Source: Pyrinomonadaceae bacterium (lineage in GTDB: Bacteria > Acidobacteriota > Blastocatellia > Pyrinomonadales > Pyrinomonadaceae). Taken from it: 64,000 nt of DNA. Within the stretch, counting starts at the first letter, position 1. Each line of letters starts with the position of its first letter. Shown here piece after piece: positions 36,679-44,774 of this stretch. Location of the stretch: positions 7,042 to 71,041 of the forward strand of contig DATKDA010000071.1 in assembly GCA_035512935.1 (NCBI GenBank). The letters are read 5' to 3'. Below the pieces are notes generated by a model. The model was not told where the DNA came from, searched no databases, and worked only from the letters and a program-made list of their open reading frames with translations. The position numbers were made by a program, and so were the translations under genes.

Positions 36679-38944
36679 CAGCGAAAACAAAGCACGGCGA
36701 ATCGTGGGCCGAGTATCGCGCAGCGAGTTCGTCGGGAGGGGCGTCGAAATTCAACGCCTTATAGCCCACCCGTTTCAGAAGGAGGGACCACGCGGTCTGC
36801 TTTTAATGCTTGCGCCCGCCGCAGGTGTTTCCGAATTACTCCGTCAAGCTTACGACCACCTCTTCAATCACCGCGGAAACATAGTTCCGATCTACTTTGC
36901 TCTCAATCAAACCGAAAGTACGCCAGTTAGTGCCGCGATCGATTTTCTTAATACGTTCTTGCGACACTATGTAGCGTACCGCCGCAACGAGCCTTCTCTC
37001 TGCGAAGCCTCACTGACCCTCAACGACCTGGCCCAGCTTGCGCCTCCCACCGATTTTGAGTGGATCGATAAGTTAGTTGGGGCCTACAACCGTGAACGGT
37101 TCAGCAATGATGATCAGGCGCTCGTCCGGTTCTGCCTGAGCGCGCCACAGCGCGCGCCGCGCCGCCTCGAGCGACCTTTCCTGATAGTTGATGGCGTCAG
37201 ATTGGCCCAGCAACCAGACCAGGCAATGTCGTTTACCCTGGAACTCGTCAGGGCGCTCACCGGTTCTAATCTGCCGTTTGCTCTTGCCGGTCTTCGCCGC
37301 CATATTCGTGAAGCACTGCACAGGCTTAATGTGGACTTCGACTCGATCGCAACTTTGAAACTGGGAAAGCTGTCCGAAGCAGATGGAAGCCGTTTGATCG
37401 AGCATGTGGCCGAGCGCCATCAAGTAGGGATCAGTGAAGAGACACGCGACCTTCTGGCTCAGCAGCTCGAATGCAGCCCATTTTTCATAACCTCTATCTT
37501 TCAAGCGGCGCGAGAGAAGAATTCGTCTCTCACCACCTATCGGGACTGCGAGCAACTCTATGTCGATGACCTGATGGGGGGACATATTCACCGGCTTTTC
37601 TCGTCAATTCTTGAGTCAATCGTTCCCGGCGCAGAAACCCGGCGTGCGTTGGTCCGAGTGCTCTATGAAGCAGCGGTCGCCGACAATCGACGGTTCTCTT
37701 TCGAAACATGGCGCAAGCAGTTGCATCTTGAGCCGGATCAGTTTGAAAAGATCGTTCGTGGACTGCACATTCAGGAGTACGTTAATTGGGACGGGGGAAC
37801 AATTGAAGCGGGGGTCAGTCGCGGTCCATGGCGCGATTATCTCAAGATTCGTTATCGGCTTGAGATACTTGCCGAGCCCCGGGCACTGATCGTTGGTGAC
37901 ACAATCGCTGCGTTCCTCAAGCGGGCGCCCGGAACGATGGCCCGTCACTATCGACGGGTGGCCAGTTTGGCATTGCGAGATATCGTTAGTAAGTTCGATG
38001 GCCAAAGAGTGCCCGGCAGCCTCCTCCATTACGACGAATTCAAGAGTCAGTATCGGGGCTCTTCGGTCGAGGAGATCCATGCGGGTCTGGATGCTGAAAC
38101 CGAGCTAATCCGGCTGCCTCAGGTAATTCATCTTGCCGGCTGCGCTGCTTACAACCCGGAGCTTGAACAAGTATGCGACGAGGATCGTTGCTTGGTCGCC
38201 CACGCCTTTGAGCGGGCCATCTATACCGACGCGAACGAGGTAGTCTGGCTGGTCGCGGAGTTGGAGTCGAAGCTGGAGGTCGATCTGGACCTTACACAGG
38301 TCTGGTGGCGCCGTCTCGATCAGATTGCCCGGGACTCGGGCTTTGGCCGCATCTGTATCTGGCTGGTTTCAAATGAGGGCTTTTCCGACGAAGCGAGCCA
38401 GTTTTTGAAGGAGCGCAAAGCCTGCACTTCGAGCCGGCAACAGGTCGCTTTCCTGACCGAAAGGCTCGAAGAAAAGCCCATTTCCGGCCTCGCCTCGACC
38501 GCTGACGAGTTTGTTATGGTCCTCCCGATGGGCGAAGATAACGAGCTAATTGCCGCCAATGCGGCTGAACAAATTGCCCGCAAACTGGACTTCCAACCCG
38601 AGGCGATCAACCAGATCAAGACCGCCGTTGTCGAAGCTTGTATCAATGCTGCTGAACACAGTTTGAGCCCGGATCGAAAAATTTATCAACGCTTTCGCGT
38701 GGAAAGTGATAGATTAGTAATCACAATTTCGAGCCGTGGCATCGTGCCCGCTAATATTGAGGCTCAAAACGGAGAACCCGGCACTCCAACCAGTGACAAC
38801 TTGGCCGCAGCAACTGGGAGGCGGGGCTGGGGTCTTAAACTCATCAGAACATTAATGGATGAGGTGGAGTTCGAACGAGTTGACGATGGTACCAGTCTCC
38901 GTATGACCAAGTACGTGCGCAATAGTTCTTCAGGTGCGCATTAA
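36665..38944 (+). CDS. large multidomain protein: an N-terminal ATPase-like module with a degenerate Walker A, and a C-terminal RsbW/SpoIIAB-type serine kinase (HATPase_c) domain
   Basis: FVGRGVEIQRL followed by LMLAPAAGVSELL (P-loop position without Lys) and FLIVDG (Walker B-like). The C-terminus has an N-box EACINAAEHS and a G-box GWGLKLIRTLMDEVEF. The ATG at 36665 overlaps the upstream gene by 14 nt. Confidence 0.7.
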   Translation: MSPDSSENKARRIVGRVSRSEFVGRGVEIQRLIAHPFQKEGPRGLLLMLAPAAGVSELLRQAYDHLFNHRGNIVPIYFALNQTESTPVSAAIDFLNTFLRHYVAYRRNEPSLCEASLTLNDLAQLAPPTDFEWIDKLVGAYNRERFSNDDQALVRFCLSAPQRAPRRLERPFLIVDGVRLAQQPDQAMSFTLELVRALTGSNLPFALAGLRRHIREALHRLNVDFDSIATLKLGKLSEADGSRLIEHVAERHQVGISEETRDLLAQQLECSPFFITSIFQAAREKNSSLTTYRDCEQLYVDDLMGGHIHRLFSSILESIVPGAETRRALVRVLYEAAVADNRRFSFETWRKQLHLEPDQFEKIVRGLHIQEYVNWDGGTIEAGVSRGPWRDYLKIRYRLEILAEPRALIVGDTIAAFLKRAPGTMARHYRRVASLALRDIVSKFDGQRVPGSLLHYDEFKSQYRGSSVEEIHAGLDAETELIRLPQVIHLAGCAAYNPELEQVCDEDRCLVAHAFERAIYTDANEVVWLVAELESKLEVDLDLTQVWWRRLDQIARDSGFGRICIWLVSNEGFSDEASQFLKERKACTSSRQQVAFLTERLEEKPISGLASTADEFVMVLPMGEDNELIAANAAEQIARKLDFQPEAINQIKTAVVEACINAAEHSLSPDRKIYQRFRVESDRLVITISSRGIVPANIEAQNGEPGTPTSDNLAAATGRRGWGLKLIRTLMDEVEFERVDDGTSLRMTKYVRNSSSGAH

Positions 38945-38998
38945 TAGCTAAAATTTACTTCACTTAGTTGCATTCGTAGCACGGAAAGGAGCTATCGG

Positions 38999-39385
38999 GT
39001 GGAAGAATCAACGGGATCTTCCGTTCGCTCGCATTGCGTGGGAAGTACGACTGTGATCTATGCGAGCGACTATCTTAACAAGCTAAGCGGGGAAAAGATT
39101 GAGCGCGAGTGTAAACGCCAGCTTGACCTTGGTTGCCGAGCGTTAGTTATCGATTTTGGTAACACCGAGTTGGTCAACAGCATTGGTATTTCAATCCTTC
39201 TGGGCATTATTGACATCGCAGAAAAGAATGGCGCCCAAGTGGTTTTTTCTGATGTTAATCGGCAAACGGTTGAGCTCTTCGAGATGCTCGGGTTGACCCG
39301 GCATGTGGTCCTCGCCAGGGACGAACACGAAGCCCTTTCTACTCTGGCCGGGATCAGAACGTCCGTAGCCGCAATCGGAAGCTGA
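38999..39385 (+). CDS. STAS-domain anti-sigma-factor antagonist-like protein
   Basis: LVIDFGNTELVNSIGISILLGI carries a Ser at the SpoIIAA/RsbV phospho-site position. GTG start with AAGGAG upstream. Confidence 0.85.
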   Translation: MEESTGSSVRSHCVGSTTVIYASDYLNKLSGEKIERECKRQLDLGCRALVIDFGNTELVNSIGISILLGIIDIAEKNGAQVVFSDVNRQTVELFEMLGLTRHVVLARDEHEALSTLAGIRTSVAAIGS

Positions 39386-39395
39386 TCGCCCCGCT

Positions 39396-40664
39396 ATGGA
39401 GCCAACGACACAAAAGCTCATCTACAACTTCGCCGCGCTTGCGGACCTGGGTCAGGAGATCGCTAACACCGGCGATTTTACCGAGATGGTCCGCACGTCC
39501 TTACATCTTTTGCTGGGAACTCTGGCAATCCGCCGCGGCGCCGTTGTCGAGTGCCTGCCGGAAGAAAACCAGTCAAGATGCCTCGCACTTTGGGGGCTTG
39601 ATAGTGAGTTTGCTTCGGAATTTACTTTTGACCCAAAAATGCAAGACGACTTTCTCCCGTTGGGAATTCTTGCACTCGACCGCGACTACGACTTCCCGTC
39701 ATTAAGCCCATTCCTCGACCAGTACAATGCGATGTTGCTCGACCAGGGACTTGAGCTCGTCGTGCCGATGATTGTTCGTTCAAAACTCACCGGGTTGGTA
39801 CTGCTGGGCGGAAAAGCCACGGGGCAGCCTTTTGTAGACGAAGACTACGCAATCATTCGCGCGATGGTCAGACACATCGGTGTCGGTATTCATGGTCATC
39901 GCCTTCTGGGACAGGTCGAACAGCGCGCCTCGGAGAATCGGAGATTGTACGAGGACCTCCGCGCTATCTATCGCGATACTGTGCGTGCTTTTGCCGCGGC
40001 AATCGATATCAAGGACAAGTACACGCAGGGCCATTCCGATCGTGTTGGTAAATACAGCGAGATTATCGCGCGAGAGTTAGGCTGGCATGATGAGCAGATT
40101 GAAGGGATCGCGATAGCCGGATACCTTCACGATGTTGGCAAGCTGGTCGTCGAAAGGGACATCATCAATGCCCCGTATGCAATTGATGCCAAGGCCTCGA
40201 CCGAACTGAACCGTCACCCAAATGCGGGTTACGAGATTCTCTCGCCGATTCATCATCCGTATGCCGATATTCCATTGATGGCAAAGCACCATCACGAGCG
40301 CTTTGATGGCCGCGGTTACCCAGACGGTCTGGAGGGAGATCAGATTCCTTTAGGCGCAAGAATAGTGACACTGGCCGATTCATTTGACGCGATGACGACC
40401 GATCGGCCCTACAAGACGCGCCGGCCATTTGCGGATGTTATTGAGGACCTCCGGCGAAATACAGGCAAGCAATTCGATCCAGAGGTTGTAATCGCGTTTG
40501 CGCGTGCGTTACTCAAGGAATTAACAGGTGAGGTAAAGGAGCGTCGAATCATCAAGATTCTCGGCAAGAACTATGTTGATCCGGAACTTGCCGTGCCATT
40601 GGTGAGGAATCTAATTTCTGAACTGGAAGCCGCAAAAGACTCCGCCGCCGCCATCGGGAATTAG
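39396..40664 (+). CDS. GAF-domain HD-GYP phosphodiesterase (c-di-GMP hydrolase family)
   Basis: HDVGKLVV and HHERFDGRGYPDGL motifs are intact. The N-terminal GAF-like region is LVVPMIVRSKLTGLVLLGGK. Confidence 0.9.
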   Translation: MEPTTQKLIYNFAALADLGQEIANTGDFTEMVRTSLHLLLGTLAIRRGAVVECLPEENQSRCLALWGLDSEFASEFTFDPKMQDDFLPLGILALDRDYDFPSLSPFLDQYNAMLLDQGLELVVPMIVRSKLTGLVLLGGKATGQPFVDEDYAIIRAMVRHIGVGIHGHRLLGQVEQRASENRRLYEDLRAIYRDTVRAFAAAIDIKDKYTQGHSDRVGKYSEIIARELGWHDEQIEGIAIAGYLHDVGKLVVERDIINAPYAIDAKASTELNRHPNAGYEILSPIHHPYADIPLMAKHHHERFDGRGYPDGLEGDQIPLGARIVTLADSFDAMTTDRPYKTRRPFADVIEDLRRNTGKQFDPEVVIAFARALLKELTGEVKERRIIKILGKNYVDPELAVPLVRNLISELEAAKDSAAAIGN

Positions 40665-40688
40665 CTGGAAGGTTGCTAGCCGCCTCTT

Positions 40689-41549
40689 CTATCGTGGTTG
40701 GATCCGGAGTACAAAACTGCAAATAGAGATCTTCTCGTCCGGTGCAACCTCCGTGCGCTCATCCCGCGGTAGTTCTCGCTCTCGCACGAGCGTCGGATTC
40801 CGGCCCTTAGGAACCAGCCAATACGAGCCGCTATTCTCCCGCACCAGCACGGCGTGAATGCGACTTACCTCCGGGTCGCCCTTGAGTGGCAGATCAACCG
40901 TGATGCTGCGCGATCCTCTGCCAATCGTGATTTCAGACTTCGTAATAGGGACAACCGACTCGCGTACACCATCACGCCAGATCTCGATAGCATAGAGCTC
41001 CTTCACACGCGGGCGGACAACCGTCTGCTCGCTCCCCGAACCTTCCGGGCTTTCAGCAGTCTCCTCGATGACATCGACCCCGGTTTGAGCTTCCATTCTT
41101 GAGCGATCTATGCGCGGCGTCACAGTAGTGTGACCACTCTCGGTTTCGTCCCAAACCGCCTGTACGCGAAACTCCCCTTTGTTGAGAGTGCCGTCGACTC
41201 GTAACTCGACGGCGAAGGACTTCGCTGCCAGCTTGTTTGACCCAGCCAACTCACGAGCCCTCTCCGAAAGTACGTGGAAAAGACCCTGTTCGAGCCCGCG
41301 TCGCTTGTCACCCTGCCAGTCGCGATCATCGTCCGAACTCAGATAAACGATGTATTCACGCGGAATGTAGGTTGGCCCACCAGGCGGAGTAAACATCTCC
41401 TGCTGCATGACCGCTTCGACCTCGCGCGCAATCTTGACGAGAAACTCTTCCCAGATCCGGCGCGGTCGCGCATGTTCGCCGGCCTCTTCGAGCGGATCGT
41501 CTCCCGCTTCGCCGTCTATCCATTTTCTGATTGATTCAAGCAGTCCCAA
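40689..41549 (-). CDS. FHA-domain protein with a FhaA-like (DUF3662-like) N-terminal domain
   Basis: C-terminal FHA motifs (ITIGRGSRSITVDLPL...VSRIHAVLV...NPTLV). Start set at TTG 41549 (reading MGLLESIRKW) with GGGAG 7 nt upstream. The longer ORF would overlap the kinase gene. Confidence 0.8.
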   Translation of the reverse strand: MGLLESIRKWIDGEAGDDPLEEAGEHARPRRIWEEFLVKIAREVEAVMQQEMFTPPGGPTYIPREYIVYLSSDDDRDWQGDKRRGLEQGLFHVLSERARELAGSNKLAAKSFAVELRVDGTLNKGEFRVQAVWDETESGHTTVTPRIDRSRMEAQTGVDVIEETAESPEGSGSEQTVVRPRVKELYAIEIWRDGVRESVVPITKSEITIGRGSRSITVDLPLKGDPEVSRIHAVLVRENSGSYWLVPKGRNPTLVRERELPRDERTEVAPDEKISICSFVLRIQPR

Positions 41550-41620
41550 GCAAAAACTCCCTTTTTGAAGTGAGCCGGGCAGTGGAAGCTTGGTCCACCG
41601 CAGCGGGGCGCACTCCAAGG

Positions 41621-43192
41621 TCATTCGAATCTTACAAATCTTCCATTGAGCCAACCCCTATCAGCCAAAGCGGGGTCCAACTTTGGGCGACCGTGTTCAA
41701 GCACCTGAACTTCAAACCAATTATTGCTCACTTTCAAAATCTTAACGCGCGAGCCCAGCGTCGCCAGCCCGACTGGCGGATTCGAAGCGCTCGGATCTGG
41801 ACGCAGGTTGACATCGGTCGTCGTCCAGCCCTCACGTCCCACGACAGTAAATTCTCCTAACTGCGGGAGTCTAGTCAAAGGGTTCCAGTGTGTAGTGACG
41901 TACTTGTGAGTCGCTAGCAACATCCCTGAGAATGCCAGGATCAGAATCAAAGCAACAGCGAAGCGGCGCGAGCGGCTGACGTAAGGGGTTACGCCTGACA
42001 CCCTCTGTTGATTTTCCACGCCGGCGGAGCGTGGAACCCTTCCGTTCGAGTGCCGCCTGAGAGAGTTGGCAGGCCTCTCACTCTCAGGCTGTAAGCTTGA
42101 AACGGGCACCACAATCCGCGGTCTTTTCGCAGCTTCCATCTCAGCAAAATTAATGTCGTAGTCGCGAGGTATGCTGGGCGTCGAAGCAGCGACGGCGAAC
42201 CTTGGCTGAGGAGGCGCCTCGGTGATTTCGTCCAACTCAAGCAGTAAGTCTTCGCTCGGTCTTCGTCTCTCTCCTGGACGTTCCGCAACCAGCGATCGAG
42301 TAGGAGTAAGCACGGCGTCTGAAAGTTCATCCCAGAACTCCAAAACTGATTGATAGCGCTTCTCGGCGCGCGTCTGCGTAGCCTTCTCCAGCACACGCAA
42401 GAGGGGGTCAGACCAGTACTCGTTAGCGATGCGCGCCGGTAATTCGCTAATTGGGTGTTGCGCGAATTTGCGTGGGGATTCGGCGGCCAGCAGCGTGTAG
42501 GTTGTTTTTGCGAGCGAATAGATATCGGCTGCCGGCGTCAACGAACAGGGAATCAGGGGCAGGGCGTTGGTATCCAACTGACCGGTCTGGACCAGGGGAT
42601 TATGCTCGGGAGCTGCATAGATATTGGTGCCGACGCGCGTGATTGACCCCTCGCTTGCATTCAACCGGGCCACACCGAAATCGGCAATCTTGACGATCTT
42701 GTGGTCAGCGCTCAGAAGCAGATTCTGAGGTTTTATATCCCGATGAATCACGCCGCAACGATGAGCGTGGGCTAGTCCAGCGCAGACCTGCTCTAAATAA
42801 CTGATGGTCTGCTCGAGTGACAATGGATTATGTCGCGCGCGCGCGGCGAGATCACCACCAGGCAGGTATTCAAGTACGATGTAATGAAAGGTTGTTCCTG
42901 ACAGGTCAATCGCGGTGCCATGTCCCAGGCGACTGATTATGTGAGGATGGCGAACCAGGTCCAGCGCGACAGCTTCATTCTGAAAGTTAGCTAGGAGTGT
43001 GCGTTCGAGATCTACGTCAGGCGTCTCCTGCAAAAAGACGTTGAGGGCCTTGATTACAACCATCGTGGGGCCGCCCTCAGGGGCCGCGTTATCCCTGGCA
43101 ACATAGATCTCGGCGTAGCTGCCCCGCCCGAGACACTCCACCACGTCATACCGGCCATCTAGTCTGCTCTGTTGTAATTTCAGTTCCGGCAT
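41621..43192 (-). CDS. Hanks-type Ser/Thr protein kinase, single-pass membrane, with an SH3b-like extracytoplasmic C-terminus
   Basis: Motifs GRGSYAEIY, VVIKAL, HRDIKPQNLLL, DFGVAR and APE. The TM segment is FAVALILILAFSGMLLA. The C-terminal WTTTDVNLRPDPS...WFEVQV region is SH3_3-like. Confidence 0.92.
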   Translation of the reverse strand: MPELKLQQSRLDGRYDVVECLGRGSYAEIYVARDNAAPEGGPTMVVIKALNVFLQETPDVDLERTLLANFQNEAVALDLVRHPHIISRLGHGTAIDLSGTTFHYIVLEYLPGGDLAARARHNPLSLEQTISYLEQVCAGLAHAHRCGVIHRDIKPQNLLLSADHKIVKIADFGVARLNASEGSITRVGTNIYAAPEHNPLVQTGQLDTNALPLIPCSLTPAADIYSLAKTTYTLLAAESPRKFAQHPISELPARIANEYWSDPLLRVLEKATQTRAEKRYQSVLEFWDELSDAVLTPTRSLVAERPGERRRPSEDLLLELDEITEAPPQPRFAVAASTPSIPRDYDINFAEMEAAKRPRIVVPVSSLQPESERPANSLRRHSNGRVPRSAGVENQQRVSGVTPYVSRSRRFAVALILILAFSGMLLATHKYVTTHWNPLTRLPQLGEFTVVGREGWTTTDVNLRPDPSASNPPVGLATLGSRVKILKVSNNWFEVQVLEHGRPKLDPALADRGWLNGRFVRFE

Positions 43193-43274
43193 CAGCTATT
43201 TCGACCGCTACACTTCTCTCGTTTGATGCTTCCCGGAAGAATCACAGCAGTGTCACGACGGAAAGAACCTCTTG

Positions 43275-44774
43275 TCATGGGGAGTTGTTAAGGGCTGGCT
43301 TCTGAATCATCTCGTCTAAATGCGTCACCGCCCGGGAACTATCCAAACCTGTTTTAAGACTCACGGCCGCCAATCCAAGTGTTGCCTCTTTGCGAACAAT
43401 TGAGTTGCGTAACCCGGACTTCAGGTCGGTGGTCGTTATCGCCGCCTCAAACGCTTTCCCCGCCTCTTCAGCATTGCCGGTGAGTAGGGAAGCGCGACCG
43501 TAGAGATAAAGAAACTCGGGATCAACAGAATCAAGTGGACTGGTTATTCCCTGGCTCGCGAGCTCCGCATTGAGCGAGTCCTTCAACCACAGATGGGCGT
43601 CGTTATCAACTTCACGCCGGGCTTTTTCAAACTTCATAATAGGATCTACTGATGCTTGCTCAACGGGCGCCTCTGATACCTCTGGAATGTTGGTGGATGC
43701 TTGCCCGAAGAATGGCAACTGATCTCTATAGCGGGCGCCGGCGATGAATGCCCCGGCAATCGCCGCGATAACCACGAAGAAAAGGAAGAGGCGCAGCAGG
43801 AGCCGGCCGACTCCTCCATTCTCGGCGGGAGGGGGAATAGCGATTGGCCGCTCCTGATATGAAAGGTCGGCTTGATCCGAGTTTGCCGGAAAGGCGATTC
43901 GCGAGGGAGGAACCAGGCCGTCTTCCGTTGCTTCATAGGGGTTTTCGAGCGTATCGGCACGAGCAGCAAAATCGGGAGAAATTGTCCGTTCCAGTTCATC
44001 TCCACGCTGATCGACGGAGATTCGTGGGCCATATCGAACCACAACGGCGGTCAAATTGTCTTCTGCACCTCTGTCGTAACAACGCCTTTTCAACTCCTCG
44101 CAAATTAAGGATGTGTCCTCTTCATTGATCAATAACTGTCTGATTTCTCCATCCGAAAGGTGGCGGGTGATGCCATCGGTGCAAAGCAGAAACTCTGTAC
44201 CGCTCTCGACCTCGATGGTTTTCATATCAACCTCAACGTTGTCCTCAGCGCCGAGGGCACGGCTGATGACGTTTTTGCTGGGATGATTTGCCGCCTGCTC
44301 GCGGGTCATGCGCCCAGCACGCACCTCTTCCTCGACGATTGAATGGTCTTCAGTCTCAAGAATCAAACGCCCTTCCGGCGTCAATCGGTAGAGGCGAGAA
44401 TCTCCCACATGTCCGATGGTGGCAAGGTTTCCTCTGAGGTGGAGCGCTACGATTGTGGTCGCCATCATCGAGAACCGCTCATGCTCCTGGGCCATTTGAT
44501 GGATAGAGGCATTGGCGCGCTGGATGGCCAGTTCCATCAAGTCTTCGATGTCGCCACGATCAACGTGATGACGAAAGGCTTCATCGAGTACCTCGATAGC
44601 CGTCTGCGAAGCCACTTCACCGGCTTCGGCGCCACCGACACCGTCGGCGACCGCAAAAATCCTGCGCGTGCTGTCTTCGAGAAAGGCGTCTTCGTTGATT
44701 GGGCGCCGCTCATTTAAACCACGGTCTGAGAGCGCGGAAGATCTAACAGTCAGGGATGTCTGGGCCTGGTTCAT
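43275..44774 (-). CDS. PP2C-family Ser/Thr phosphatase, membrane anchored, with an extracytoplasmic TPR-like tail
   Basis: PP2C motifs NEDAF, AVADGVGG, GDSRLY and CTDGI. The TM segment is LLLRLFLFFVVIAAIAGAFIAG. Confidence 0.9.
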   Translation of the reverse strand: MNQAQTSLTVRSSALSDRGLNERRPINEDAFLEDSTRRIFAVADGVGGAEAGEVASQTAIEVLDEAFRHHVDRGDIEDLMELAIQRANASIHQMAQEHERFSMMATTIVALHLRGNLATIGHVGDSRLYRLTPEGRLILETEDHSIVEEEVRAGRMTREQAANHPSKNVISRALGAEDNVEVDMKTIEVESGTEFLLCTDGITRHLSDGEIRQLLINEEDTSLICEELKRRCYDRGAEDNLTAVVVRYGPRISVDQRGDELERTISPDFAARADTLENPYEATEDGLVPPSRIAFPANSDQADLSYQERPIAIPPPAENGGVGRLLLRLFLFFVVIAAIAGAFIAGARYRDQLPFFGQASTNIPEVSEAPVEQASVDPIMKFEKARREVDNDAHLWLKDSLNAELASQGITSPLDSVDPEFLYLYGRASLLTGNAEEAGKAFEAAITTTDLKSGLRNSIVRKEATLGLAAVSLKTGLDSSRAVTHLDEMIQKPALNNSP

